A program made the position numbers and the translations under genes. Shown piece by piece: positions 24,872 through 44,908 of a stretch of 64,000 nucleotides of DNA (positions are counted from its first letter, which is position 1; each line of letters starts with the position of its first letter). The notes below the pieces were generated by a model. That model was not told the origin of the DNA. It ran no database searches and saw only the letters and a list, made by a program, of their open reading frames with translations. Origin of the DNA: the human T2T-CHM13v2.0 reference genome, Homo sapiens; NCBI RefSeq assembly GCF_009914755.1, contig NC_060938.1. One strand, given 5' to 3'.

Positions 24872-25421
24872 TAGTAGAGACCGAGTTTCACCATGAGGTC
24901 TGGAACTCCTGACCTCAAATGATCCACTTGCCTCAGCCTCCCAAAGTGCTGGGATTACAGGCATGAGCTACTGTGTCTGGCCTAATTTTGGTATTTTTTA
25001 GTAGAGAGTGGGGTTTTACCATGTTGGCCAGGCTGGTCTCAAACCCCTGACCTCAGGTGATCTGCCCACCTCAGCCTCCCAAAGTGCTGGGATTACCGGC
25101 GTGAGCCACCGCTTGCCTGGGCAGTCAACTCTACCCTTCAACAAGCATGGATGCCTCATCAAACAGATAATTAATGTTTTGTGCTCAAAGAGGCTGTGAA
25201 GTAGATCAAGCCCTGTAAATCAGCCTCTGACTGGTATTCTGACAGCCGAGCATTTAGCAAACTGACTCTTAACAGACATCTAAGGAACTGTTGCAAAGAT
25301 TGCTAGCTGCAAATGCTTACCTGGGATGACCTAGCCCTGTAATAGTCTCCCCCGCTTTCAGTCTCCTAAGCAGCAGATTGGGAAACTGGTCCCTGCTAAA
25401 AGTGACACCTAATATTTGTGA

Positions 25422-25568
<147 letters not shown>

Positions 25569-25931
25569 TGAGTAGCTGGGACTACAGGTGCATGCCACCA
25601 CACCCAGCTAATTTTGTATTTTTAGTAGAGACAGGGTTTCACCATGTTGGTTAAGATGGTCTCAATCTCCTGACCTCATGATCCGCCCGCCTCGGCCTCC
25701 CAAATTCGGTGCTGGGATTACAGGCATGAGCCACCACACCTGACTGTAAAATCGCATTTTTAACAAAGATTTCAGATTGATCTATATGCCACATTTATTC
25801 TACATCATTTCTCATTTATTCTAGACACAAATTTAATGTTTTGTATATAGCAAATAGTGATAAAGTGAATGGGAAGATTTTTTTAATCCTGGAGGTTTAT
25901 TTATTTATTTATTTACTGAGACAGAGTTTAG

Positions 25932-26225
<294 letters not shown>

Positions 26226-26487
26226 TAGGAATCACCCTCCTCAGGGTTCTCAACCTACAGCCCAGGATAGGTGTCAGGAAAGTCTGTGGATGTCCTGAGG
26301 TTCTTTTGCAGCATTTAAGTACATACCTCCTTGCACATTTTTCTGTAAAAGATTCATTAGCTTTCTTTGTATTCTCAGAGGGGTCTGTGTTCTAGTTTAA
26401 TATACTTGCATTAACAGATGGCGATGCTAAAGTTAATGAAATCAAATGGACTCTCTGATAGCACACAGTAATAGTTCACTAGGAATT

Positions 26488-26786
<299 letters not shown>

Positions 26787-26934
26787 CACTAGGAATTTAT
26801 GTTATAAGCAAATATTGGCTGGAGGCAGTGGCTCATGCCTATAATCCCAGCACTTGGAAGGCTAAGGCAGGAGGACCCCTTGAGGCCAGGAGTTCAAGAC
26901 CAGCCTGAGCAAAATAGTGAGACCCCCATCTCTA

Positions 26935-27114
<180 letters not shown>

Positions 27115-29373
27115 TTAGCTACTCAGGAGGTCGAGGCTGGAGAATCGCTTGAACCCAGGAGGCAGAGGTTGCAGTGAACTGAGATCGACTGCACCATTGC
27201 ACTCCAGCCTGGGTGACAGAGTGAGACTCTGTCTCAAAAATAAAAATAAATAAAAGTAAAAATTAGCTGGGCATAGTGACATGTATCTGTAGTCCCAGCT
27301 ACTCCCAGCTACTTGAGAAACTGAGGCTAGAGGATCACTTGAGCCTAGGAGTTCAAGGCTATAGTGAGCCATGATTGTACCACTGTACTCCAGCCTGGGC
27401 CAGTATCCTCAGGACTGTTAAAGTCATGAAAAACGAGGAAGACTGAGAAACTGTCCCAGACCAGAACAGACTAAAGCAACATGACAATTAAATGCACTAT
27501 AGTATCCTGGATGGGATTCAGGAACAAAAAGAGGACATTAGTGGAAGAATCGATGAACTCTAAATAAAGTCTGGAGTTAATAATAATGTACTAATATTGG
27601 TTTCTTAGTTTTGGCAAATGTACCATGGTAATGTGAGATGCTAACAATGGCCATCTTTGCAACTTTACTATAAATCTAAAATTTCAAATGTTAAAGTTCA
27701 TTTAAGAACTATTACTCATCTTAGTTTTTTGCACTGGTTCTCACAGATATCACAAAACGTGAATACAATATTGTCAGCTGAGCCAGACCAGCCAGCTCTG
27801 GTGGTCATGATGAAAGAAGGACTGGCCATTGATGAATATTATGCTCACTTGCATTGATTTTTCCAAAACCTATGTTGAGTGTAAGAGAAACAAATATGAG
27901 ATTCAATACAACTGAGTTAGACATAACAGCACAAGCATGAACCCCTGAATGAGGAGGATGAGTTAGGGGTGTCATGGATCCATGCATGTGCTTGGCCTTT
28001 GAACCGCAGCCCACCTCTGACACAAAGTCATGCAGTGACTTTGGGTATCTTCTTTTCTTTTTCTTTTTTTTTAAGAGTCTTGCTCTGTCACCCAGGCTGG
28101 AGTGCAGTGGCACAATCTCAGCTCACTATCACCTCCACCTCCCGGGCTCAAGAGATTCTCCTCCCTTAGCTGGAGTACAGTGGCACCATTTCAGCTCACT
28201 GCAACCTCCGCCTCCCGGATTCAAGCAATTCTCCTGCCTCAGCCTTCTGAGTAGCTGGGATTACAGGTGTGCACCACCATGCCTAGTTAATTTTTGTATT
28301 TTTACTAGAGCCAAGGATTCACCATATTGGCCAGGCTGGTCTTGAACTCCTGACCTCAAATGATCCGTCTGTGTTGGCCTCCCAAAATGCTGGGATTACA
28401 GGCATGAGCCACCGCGCCTGACCAAGTGTCTTTATTTCTAAACTTTAACCTGCTTGACCTTAAAGTAAGGATAACAGACTTGATAAGGTGGCTCACGCCC
28501 GTAATCCCAACACTTTGGGAGGCCAAAGCAGGAGGATCACTTGAGCCTAAGTGTTCAAGAACGGCTGGCAATATAGTGAAACCTCATCTCTACAAAAAGT
28601 TAAAAAATTAGCTGGACGTGATGGTGCATGCCTATAATCCTAGCTATTCAGGAGGCTGAGGTGGGGAGATCACTTGAGTCCAGAGGCAGAAGCTGCAGTA
28701 AGCTGAGATTGCACCACTGCACTCCAGCCTGGGTGACAGAGCGAGGCCCTATCTCAAAAATAAAGTAAGGATAACAGAAGTACCTACCTCAAACAATTGT
28801 GAGAATTGCTCAGCACAGCACCTTACAGAGCCTGTTATAGGGCCTGGAGGAATTTGATAAATTGATATCACTACTATTATTTCCACCACTAAGGAAAGAA
28901 AAGCTTTACTATAGATCTTGTCTCCATTGCCCATAAAATAAAGCCCAAATTCCTTAGCATGACTTCTAAAGCCAATTATATCATATGTGAGTAGCTTAAT
29001 TTCCTGCAACTATTCTTCCCATGCCCTGAACTGCAGCCCCAGTGAACTTTCCAGAGCTTTCATACCCGTTTTCTCTGCCTCAGTCTTCCCCTGTAGCTCA
29101 TTCTTCACGACCTCACATCAGTGCCCCTTCTCCGGGAAGCAGTTCTTCACTCTCCTGTGATGTTCCTTGTCCCTCCCTTCTGTACACCTATGGAAGCGGA
29201 CCTGTCCCAGTTATAACTCATCACCTTGTACTGCCGTTGTTTACCTACCTAGCACCTTTGCTAGATGTAAAAATCAGAAGATCAGAAGTCCTTACTATTT
29301 CCTCTTCACATTCTTCTGGTGCTTGACACATCGTTGTTACCCAGCAAAATGAATGAGTAAATTGAATGAATAG

Positions 29374-29742
<369 letters not shown>

Positions 29743-29927
29743 TGAGCCACCACACCCGGCCTGGTTTTTATTTATTAAAACCTCAATTAGTTCATAGGAA
29801 TAAAGACTGATATTATCAGATGATATTTACTACTACTTTATTTACTGTTTATCTATAAAAACATTTAATATAATTATTTGAGAAATTTGATCTTGCCTTT
29901 CTGGTTTTGTTTGTTTTTGTCTTCAAG

Positions 29928-30199
<272 letters not shown>

Positions 30200-30753
30200 T
30201 GAGTCTCAGGGGCCATCATTTTCTTTGAGCTATATTCCTTCAACAGCTACTAAAGAAAATAAGTGATGTGAAATGAAAAACTGAAAGAAGCATAGCTCTC
30301 TTTACATCCCTTTAAGAAAACAAAAACAAGGAAAACCTGGAAGAATCTTGGGTTCTTATTTAAGTCAGCATATTTGTCTCAATGCACCTTGGAAACGACA
30401 GTAAAATTTCCTTCTGCTAATAGACACACCTCTTCTTTTTTCATTCCTATGAATTCAGCCCTTGAAACTCTCATGAGTGCCTGTATCAGGTAGCTTTCTA
30501 TAAGCCAAAAAATGAAGATCAGATGATTGGTGTAGAGGTGAATACTGAAGACCCATTTTGTGCCAGAGGATAATAATATTATTCTCAAATCGGGTGGTTT
30601 TATTCTGCTTATTATTTTTGTAAATATACCACCAATATAATACTGAAACCAGTGATTTAAAAACAAAACAAATTTGATTATCTAGGTGGGGAAAACGGAA
30701 ATTAAGAATTCATGTGAAACAACAAATTTATCCATCTTCCAAAATGGAGGTTA

Positions 30754-31008
<255 letters not shown>

Positions 31009-31056
31009 TCAAAAAAAAAAAAAGGAGGTTAAATAGGAATTTTTAAAACTGCGTCC

Positions 31057-31619
31057 TTTTTTTTTTAATTTAATAGTTTTTTTTTATTATACTTTTAAGT
31101 TCTAGGGTACATGTGGACAACATGCAGGTTTGTTACATATGTATACATGTGCCATGTTGGTGTGCTGTACCCGTTAACTCGTCATTTACATTAGGTATAT
31201 CTCCTAATGCTATCCCTTCCCCCTCCCCCCACCCTACCACAGGCCCCGGTTTGTGATGTCCCCCACCCTGTGTCCAAGTGTTCTCATTGTTCAATTCCCA
31301 CCTATGAGTGAGAACAATTTTTTTTTTTTTTTTGAGATGGAGTCTTGCTTTGTCACCCAGGCTGGAGTGCAGTGATGCCATCTTGGCTCACTGTAACCAA
31401 CCTCCACTTCCCGGGTTCAAGCGATTCTCCCGCCTCAGCCTCCTGAGTAGCTGGGATTACAGGCTCGTGCCACCACACCCAGCTTATTTTTGTATTTTTA
31501 GTAGAGATGGGGTTTCACCATGTTGGTCAGGCTGGTCTCGAACTCCTGACCTCAAGTGATCTGCCTGCCTCGGCCTCCTAAAGTGCTGGAATTACAGGCA
31601 TGAGCCACCGTGCCAGGCC
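31057..31619 (-). mobile_element. Alu + L1PA 3'-end composite insertion
   Basis: Antisense L1PA 3'UTR (~31078-31316) abutting antisense Alu (31318-31619); one flanking TSD aaaactg(c/a)gtcc. Confidence 0.8.
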
Positions 31620-31691
31620 AAAAACTGAGTCCATTTTGCAAAGAATTTTTTCCCTAGCTCATACCTTGAACACAATATTTTTTTTTTTTGA

Positions 31692-31847
<156 letters not shown>

Positions 31848-33643
31848 TAGTAGAGACAGGGTTTCCCCATGTTGGTCAGGCTGGTCTTGAAATCCTGACC
31901 TCAGGTGAGCCACCCGCCTTGGCCTCCTAAAGAGCTGGGATTACAGGCATGAGCCACCACGCCCGGCCCCTTGAACAAAATTTTTATGAAGAATTTTATT
32001 TAAAGAATTACTTAATCCGGTCCTAAACTTGCCAAATCTGTTGGAAATTACTCAACAACTGAGGGAAAATCAGAAAACTTGTTTAACTTGTGCATTAATT
32101 TTGTCAGTTCTCCATTTCACTGCATAATGGGCTGCCTGTGAGCACCAGTGCTAAATCATCAAATATTAAACCACATCAGTGCTCAGAAATAACATGGTAC
32201 AAATGTGTCTCCCTTGGCATCTCAACTGATTTTTCAGTTGGGACATCACAGAGTTCCTCTTTGAATTACTACTTTGGCCTGCCATGGCACACACTGTTTC
32301 ATGTTGTCAGACGGAAACAGAAACTGTTAAAGGGCTGTGTTAATAGCCACATACTTTAAGTAAAAGTAAATACTCTTAGAAGCATTCCTGTTTGAATCTT
32401 TCTGCAGAATGCAGGCACTCAATTTCAAACATCATTTTCACTGATAGGTTACCCTTTGAAATGAAAGCTTTGGAATGAATATACTGTTAGATACTTTTGA
32501 TGCATTCTGAATTATTTTAGATTTTAAAAGGAGCCCACTGGGCTTTTGGCATAATCAGGCACCAAAGTAGCATAATAGCAGCTTAGTTTTTATCCATAGA
32601 GGTGCTTTGATACTTTTTTTTTTAATGTCAGAAACTCCTGAGAAGCTTTGAAAAATGTTCCTCAGTTCTTTCAAAAAGGTTGTGTTTCCTTGAAAGATCC
32701 AGCTGAGCAGAGATCCCACTGGCTCTACAGTGAGCCAAACGCTGCAGAATGCTTCTGTACTCATTACCTTTATCCTAATTTTAAATAAAAGCCTAAATTC
32801 CTCCAGATGGCTTTCCCATAGAGGAATTTCCATGGTCAAAATTTGCAGCTTCATTCCCAGGTGCATCCGGGCACCTAAGAGCAACACATCCAGCACACCC
32901 TAAAATCCAGAAGAAGAGTAACCTTGTGCTTCTGCCCACTCTCCACCTCCCATCCACTCAGCGCCTTCCCATAACTCTTTGTACAAAGGTGATAGGAAAG
33001 GGATGAATGAGAAGGGAGTTTTTCCATGTGTCAGTGGTGGCAGGCTAGTTATTAATTCATATGAAGCAATGTTTACAATGCGAGATTTTGTCTAGCATCT
33101 GCCACAAAGAAGGCATCTTTAAATAATTTATAAAATAATCTACATGGATTCTTTTCATGAGTCTAGGAAAAAGCAACCAATTTTTGTTTGTTTGTACCAT
33201 GTATTTGGCTCCTCAATGACTATTAAATAGTACAAAACTGAGAATATCTAATTGCTTCCAAAAAAATCTTGGGGAGGTGAGAAGAAGAAAATCTTTATCG
33301 TGTTTGCTTATTTTCGCTTCAGAGGCACTTTAAAATGCTGATTATGCATTACCTTTGCCTGCTGACTTCCACGCAGAGCAAAGCAAAGGAACAAGAAGGA
33401 GTGTAAGTGGGAACCCATGTGAACCCTCAGACTTTTTTCCAATACTTCTCCAGTTTCCACTAGAGATGCTTCCAAGTGGTCCCCTGAATATTGTGAGAAG
33501 GTCACCAATGGTTGTGTAACATCTTAATATTCTGTATTTCTAGGAATGTTTGTCGGGTAAATCAGAACCTAGAACTTAGGCATGTCATTTTAAAGAACTC
33601 TCTCTCAGCCACAGGAATTAATATCTCATTGTGTTTTGTCTAG

Positions 33644-33736
<93 letters not shown>

Positions 33737-33807
33737 TAATAGAAGAGCCCTTGGAAAATGCAAGAATTTCTTTCTACTTGCCTCCCTAAGAATTATGACT
33801 CTCTTGA

Positions 33808-34029
<222 letters not shown>

Positions 34030-34571
34030 TGATCCGCCTGCCTCAGACTCCCAATTTATTTTTATTTTTATTTTTTTAAGAGACAGGCTAGAGTGCAATG
34101 GCACAGTCATAGCTCACTGCAGCCTTGAATTCCTGGGTTCAAGCAGTCTTCCCATCTCAGCCACCTGACTAGCTGGGACTGCAGGCTCACACTCCCAAGC
34201 CCAACTTATTTTTTTGCTTTTATTTTCTTTTAGAGATGGGATCTCACTGTATTGCCCAGGTTGGCCTAGAACTCCTGACTTCAAGCGATCTTCCTGGCTT
34301 AGCCTCCCAAGTAGCTGGGAATACAGGCACAAGCCACTGTGCCTGGCTAGGATCTTGGTTTCTAGCAAGGATGAGGAAAGCTGTGTGGAAGAGAAATATC
34401 TAGGATGTTTCTTGGATTAGATCAGGAGCTTGCAAAGTAGAGAAGCCCCAAACCACAGAATGCCTTTTTCTGTTGTAAGCAATACCAGTGCCCTGCCCTT
34501 GTTCTCTTGAACAATGAAGCAGGTCAGATAAGTATAGAGGCCGACTGATTTTGGCATTAAACATGGGCTGA

Positions 34572-34929
<358 letters not shown>

Positions 34930-35167
34930 TTATTTAGTTCACCCCTTCACAAATGCCACTCCCAAATCAATAGCACTTATGGCCATGGAATCCCTGAAAG
35001 GATGTTTTAGATCTAACTGAAATATTGATTTGTTGTTTTTTATCCATGAACCAAACTTTGAAGTGGTTTTCCCATCTTCACAGATAGAAAAATGATGGCA
35101 TGAAGAGCCTGAAAAATTGCTTAAGCCAATTTGTGGTAAAGTCAGGAAATAGATCTAAGAACTCTAA

Positions 35168-35455
<288 letters not shown>

Positions 35456-36706
35456 TGATCCACCTCCCTCAGCCTCCCAAAGTGCTGGGATTACAGGCGT
35501 GAGCCACCGCACCCGGCCTAAATTTTTTAAGACATGGTCTCTCTCCATCACCCAGGCTAGAATGCAGTGGCACCTTCACGTCTCACTGCAGCCTTGACCT
35601 CCTGGCCTGAAGTGATCCTTCCACCTCAGCCTCACAATCCCGAGTACCTAAGACTACAGGCGCACACCAAGATACCTGGATATTTTTACTTTTATTTATT
35701 TATTTATTTATTTATTTATTTGATTTTTTTTTTGGGGGGTGGGGATGGAGTCTCGCTATGTCACTCAGGTTGGAGTACAGTGGCACAATCTTGGCTCACT
35801 TCAATCTCAGCCTCCCAGGTTCAAGTGATCCTCCTAGGTTCAAGCAATTCTCCTGCCTCAGCCTCCCACGTAGCTGGGATTACAAGCATGTGCCACCATG
35901 CCCAGCTAATTTTTGTATTTTTAGTAGAGACGAGGTTTCACTATGTTGGCCAGGCTGGTCTCAAGCTCCTGACCTCAAGTGATCTACGCATCTCAGCCTC
36001 CCAAAGTGCTGGGATTACAGACATGAGCCATTACGCCAAGCCTATTTTTTTATTTTTTGTAGAGAAGAGGTCTCATTATGTTGGTGAGGTTGGTCTTCAA
36101 CTCCTGGGCTCAAGTGATCCTCCCACCTCGGCCTCCCAAAGTGGTGGGGATTACAGGTGTGAGCCATCACGCATGGCCTTTTTGTTTTTTAAGATAGGAC
36201 CTCGCTCTGTTTCCCAGGTGGGAGTACAGTGGTGCCATCATAGCTCACTGCAGCCTGGAACTCCTGGGGTCAAGCCATCCTCCTGCCTCAGTCTCGCAAG
36301 TAGCTGAGACTACAGGCATGCACCACCACACCTGGCTAGTTTTTAAGTTTTTTATGGAGACAGAGTCTCACTATATTGCCTAGGCTGGTCCTGAACTCCT
36401 GGCCCCAAGCCATCCTCTCACCTTGGCCTCCCAAAGTGCTAGGATTACGGATATGAACCATCACATCTGGCCAAAAAAAATCCTAGAAGTTAAGGTTTAT
36501 CTACATTTCCCCCATTGATAAACATCTTTTAAACAAGTGAGTGATAGAACTGTTCTGAATATTTGTCAGTGGGAGGCTACTTTCCTCACATTATCGGTTC
36601 ACTAAGCCACATGCTCTAAAACCTGGACACTGACTGGGAAGTTCTATGTCTGGTTTACATGGGAAGCGACACTAAAATTGATTGTACCTTTCTTCTTTTA
36701 TTGTAG

Positions 36707-36829
<123 letters not shown>

Positions 36830-37011
36830 TGAGTCTCTTTGGATCTATATCAAGAACATGTGTTAATACAGAGTTTTAATAAGTAAAAGTTAAAACTTAA
36901 GTGATGCCAAATTTTCTTTATCTTTCCTTCTGGTTTATCCAAAGTGTTACAAGCCTATACATGCCTGAGATCTTTATAAAGAACTGGAAAAAAAAAAAAA
37001 AACCTCTTATA

Positions 37012-37387
<376 letters not shown>

Positions 37388-38126
37388 TTATTTTTTATTA
37401 TTTATTTATTTTTTTATTTTTTGAGACAGAGTTTCGCTCTTGTTGCCCAGGCTGGAGTGCAGTGACGCGATCTCAGCTCACTGCAAGCCGTGCCACCACG
37501 CCCAGCTAATTTTGTATTTTTAGCAGAGATGGGGTTTCTCCATGTTGGTCAGGCAGGTCTCAAACTCCCCACCTCAGGTGATCCACCCGCCCGCCTCGGC
37601 CTCCCAAAGTGCTGGGATTACAGGCGTGAGCCACCGTGCCTGGCCCCCTCTGCCTTATTTCCTAAGACACCAGGATGCTTTTCACTTTAAGAATCATTCC
37701 CATCCAAACCCTTGTTTTGAGGGTCAAAAGTCAATTCTCCTTAGGGAATATGTGAGCTCCTTTCCGAAAATCTTTTTAAAGCCATTTTAATAGCTATATT
37801 GAAATATATTTTATGTATAATACAGTTCACCCATTTAAAGTGTGTAATTGGCCGGGTGTGGCTGACGCCTGTAATCCCAGCACTTTGGGAGGCCGAGGCG
37901 GGTAGATCATGAGGTCAGGAGTTGAAGACCAGGCTGGCCAAAATGGTGAAACCCTGTCTCTACTAAAAATACAAAAAATTAGTTGGGCATGGTGGCACCT
38001 GCCTGTAATCCCAGCTCCTCGGAAGGCTGAGGCAGAGAATAGCTTGAACCCAGGAGGCAGAGGTTGCAGTGAGCCAACATCCCACCACTGCACTCCAGCC
38101 TTAGTGACAGGGCGAGACTCCGTCTC

Positions 38127-38129
38127 AAA

Positions 38130-38168
<39 letters not shown>

Positions 38169-38169
38169 A
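38127..38169. repeat. (AAAT)n tetranucleotide repeat in Alu tail
   Basis: About 10 perfect AAAT units. Confidence 0.95.
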
Positions 38170-38679
38170 GTAAGCTGGGCGCGGTGGCTGACGCCTGTAA
38201 TCTCAGCACTTTGAGAGGCCGAGGCAGGCCGATCATGAGGTCAGGAGATCGAGACCACCCTGGCTAACACGGTGAAACCCTGTCTCCATCCTGGCTATCA
38301 CGGTGAAACCTGTTTCTACTAACCATACAAAAAATTAGCCAGGCATGGTGGCGGGCGCCTGTAGTACCAGCTACTCAGGAGGCTGAATGGCGTGAACCTG
38401 GGAGGCAGAGCTTGCAGTGAGCTGAGATCACGCCACTGCACTCCAGCCTGGGCGACAGAGCAAGACTCCGTCTCAAATAAATAAATAAATAAAGTAAGTG
38501 TATAATCAAGCTGGGTGTGGAGGCAAGCATCTCTAGTGACAGATACTCAGGAGGATGAGGTGGGAGGATGTTAGGAAATTTCATCACCTGACAAAGAAAC
38601 GTACCCATTAGCATTTCCCCCTCATTATCCCCTCCACCCACACCAGGTAACCAGTGATCTATCTTTTTTTCTTGGTAAG

Positions 38680-40560
<1,881 letters not shown>

Positions 40561-41296
40561 GCCTAGCCTTACATCAGTAGCACACTCTTTTGATTTCTGT
40601 AGCTTTGTATCAAGTTCGAAACTCACCAGTCTTTTAAAAAAGAATCAGTAAAGATGTTTTACTTTGGTACCATAGGCCTTCCTGAGCTTTAGTTAGACAT
40701 TCTTGAGAAGTAGCAGCGGCACAAGCTTATCTTTTTATTTTTATTTTTTTTGAGACGGAGTTTTGCTCTTGTTGCCCAGGTTGGAGTGCAATGGCGTGAT
40801 CTCGGCTCACTGCAACCTCCGTCCCGGGTTCAAGCGATTCTCATGCCTCAGCCCCCCAAGTAGCTGGGATTACAGGCATGCGCCACCACGCCTGGCTAAT
40901 TTTTGTATTATTAGTAGAGACAGGGTTTCTACTTTTTCCATGTTGGTCAGGCTCGTCTCGAACTCCCAACCTCAGGTGATCCGCCCGCCTCAGCCTCCCA
41001 AAGTGCTGGGATTACAGGCGTGAGCCACCACACCCAGCCAGCACAAGCTTATTTTTTAAAGTTGTTTTTTTTCATTTCGCATTTAAATAAAAACAAGGAA
41101 TTTTTCCAAGCTTCTTCCTGAGGCAGTGAGCAGAATGTGCTCCATAATTAGTAATATTGTGTGCACTAAAACCCGGAAAGGGCAAAAGTCCAATTAGGAA
41201 GTTAGGTCTTCAGCCCACCTCCTAATGCCAGAAGTGAGGTTTGGCAAACTCCTTCTTCATGGGACAGTCAGCTAGCCTGTCTTCATTGTCTTAGTG

Positions 41297-41460
41297 CAGC
41301 AGTTCTCAAAGTCTGATTCCTGGACCATTAGCATAGGTTGAGAACTTGTTAGACAGACAAATTCTGGGCCCCATCCCAGACCATTGCATCAGAAGCTGTA
41401 GGTCAAGGCCCAGAAATCTGTTTTAAGATGACTTCCAGGTGATTCCAGGTGATTCTGGTT
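41297..41460. mobile_element. MER5A-like hAT-Charlie remnant
   Basis: cagcagttctcaaagt...gaacttgttaga...aaattctgggccccatcccagacc...ggcccagaaatctg...ccaggtgattc. Confidence 0.65.
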
Positions 41461-41560
41461 TCTGGTACATGCTTAATTTTGGTAATCATTGCCTTAGTGC
41501 ATGAGGCTTGCTGTCAGCCATTTTTGTTTTTTTTCTTTTTTCTTTTTTTTTTTTTTTTGA

Positions 41561-41818
<258 letters not shown>

Positions 41819-42055
41819 TGAGCCACCGTGCCCGGCCTTTATCAGCCTTTTCTTGATTCAAGAGTTGGTGTTGGGAACGTGCCTTGTGGTCTGTGATGTG
41901 GAAATGCATCTAGCCAGGAAGGGGTTGGTGCGTTCCAAAGCTGAAAGATACCAAGAGGTGGTCATTCCAGAGACTGGCCTTGGGGACAGAGGACATGGAG
42001 ACTGGCTTTAAAATCTATCTCTGTGTTGATTGCTTGGCAAGAGCACCATAGACCA

Positions 42056-42246
42056 GCACTGTTCAGTAAAACTTTCTGCAGAGATAGGAATGTTCTGTAC
42101 CTGTGCCATCCAATACAGTAGGCATTAGCCAGATGTGGCTCTTGAGCACTTGAAATGCAGTTAGTATAACTGAGGAAATAAAGTTTTAATTTTACTTAAT
42201 TTAAATCTCCACATGAGGTTGGTGTTTACTGTATTGGACAGTATAG
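42056..42246. mobile_element. MER3-like hAT-Charlie element
   Basis: cagcactgttcagtaaaactttctgc...tccaatacagtag..cattagccagatgtggct..tgagcacttgaaatg...gtattggacag. Confidence 0.65.
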
Positions 42247-43427
42247 CTCTAGCTTCTGCTTACCTTGTGATGACCACTCTCTTGTTTAGACAGACTAGTT
42301 GCAAGTCAGGGTCTATGATCAGAGCTGACCATGATTAGCCATTTCAAGGTGACACCCACCAAGAAGAATATAATTTCCCAAAATAATAATGTTCTAAACC
42401 TAGGAGAATAAAAAGTGGGTACAAGTACTATCATTGCTAAGGTTTTAAAAATTATTATTATTATATTCAGTAACTGAGAATAAATAGCATATTGCTGAAT
42501 TATAGGTATAATTTTAGGGAGAGTCAGTGACCACATAAACCACGAAAGTAAAGATTAGAATTTAATTTCAGCCAGGTGATTATGCAGGACTTGGACGGTA
42601 GGTACTAAGGGATGACTTGGCTTAGGATCAAACCATAGCAAAAAGAAGAAGAGGAAGAGGGAAAAGAGCACTATGGGAAAGAAAATAGGATCTGTCCCCC
42701 TCACAGAGACGGCCTTGTCATGTAAGATTTATTTTTAGGTTTGTGAATTTTAAACATTCTTTCTGTGGCTATTTTTAATCTTCAAGAATTTCCAAATCTT
42801 AAATTTGGAGATCAGTCTCATGCTGTCTGGGGCTGAGAGAAGCATCTCAGCATCACATTTTTAAAACAAAAAACCAACCCAGTTAGCTTCAAAGAAGGCA
42901 GCTTTGCCAGAGGTGAGGGTTGTTGCTGTTGAAGAAGTGGTATCAGGGGATTTTCAGTGCTGCATTTGACAACCCTTAAGTCCTTTCATATTTGAACTTA
43001 ATTCTCTTTGCTTTTTTCTTCCTCCATACTTTTTTCACTGCATAAATATCTATTTTATTTACAAAATTTTAAAACATATAAGCAAAGAGAAAGAGGAAAG
43101 CGAATACATGTAGTTATGCATTTGTCTAAACCCATAGAATGTACAACAGTAGAGTGAACCCGAATGTAAACTGTGGAATTTGGGTGAGAATGATGTAGGT
43201 GGGGAATGCTGATCATGGGAGGAGGCTGCACATTCGGAGGGACACGGCTGCACATTCGGAGGCTGCACATTCGGAGGGAAGGCTGTACCTTCCCCTCAAT
43301 ATTGCTGTGAACCTAAAACTGCTCTTTAAAAAGTAATGTATTTTTTGGCCAGGTATGATGACTCACACCTGTAATCCCAGCACTTAGGGAGGCTGAGGCA
43401 GGTGGATTGCTTGAGCTCAGGAGTTCA

Positions 43428-43703
<276 letters not shown>

Positions 43704-44352
43704 TTACTACTGATAACTGCTGTTAGGTACATTTCCTTTTAGACTTTCTATGTCTGTCTGTAGCTGTATAACCACATATACTTTGACCTTTATACATACA
43801 TACATAGGATAATACTATGTATACATTTTGTAACTTTTTTTAACAATATGTGAGTACTTATATGTCTACATCATCATTTGTGGATATGCTACGGTTTACT
43901 TAATTTGTTCCCCTCCTTGATAGATATTTAGGTTATTATCCATAATTTGCTATTACAAACACCATTACCCTGAATATCCTGTCATATATCATTGTGCCAT
44001 TGTCTAATTTTTTCCTTAGGATAAACTACTAGAAGTAACGTCAGTGGATTCAAAGGGTGTGGCACATTGTTAAGATCTCTGATACACATATCAAATTACC
44101 TACATCTGTAAAGGCTGAGTTAGTTTCTTTTTCCCTCTGCTTTCTAAAGATGAATCGTGCTGGCCTGTAAAATTCCTTTGAACTACAGCCTATATTTAAA
44201 AAAATTATAGTCCCAAACTTAGGGCCTTGGCAGAGTCAGACTGCTGTGGCCACCAAGCCCAGAAGCAGGTAGGAGAGGCCGCTGCTATGGACGCAGAAGC
44301 CTCTTCAGTCTGACTCTGCTAAGAGCAGTGGTCCCCAGTGTCTTTGTTCTAA

Positions 44353-44604
<252 letters not shown>

Positions 44605-44731
44605 TAAGATGGAGTTTCGCTCTTCTTGCCCAGGCTGGAGTGCAATGGTGTAATCTCTGCTCACTGCAATTTCCACCTCACTGCAACCTCTGCCTTTTGG
44701 GTTCAAGTATTCTCCTGCCTCAGCCTCCTGA

Positions 44732-44908
<177 letters not shown>

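Noticed and set aside
35567-36307. Longest ORF in the track (246 aa)
   Set aside because: Entirely concatenated antisense Alu translation (SPASAS..AGIT, LLTSSD..SASQSAG); no evidence of a gene. Same applies to the many similar Alu ORFs.
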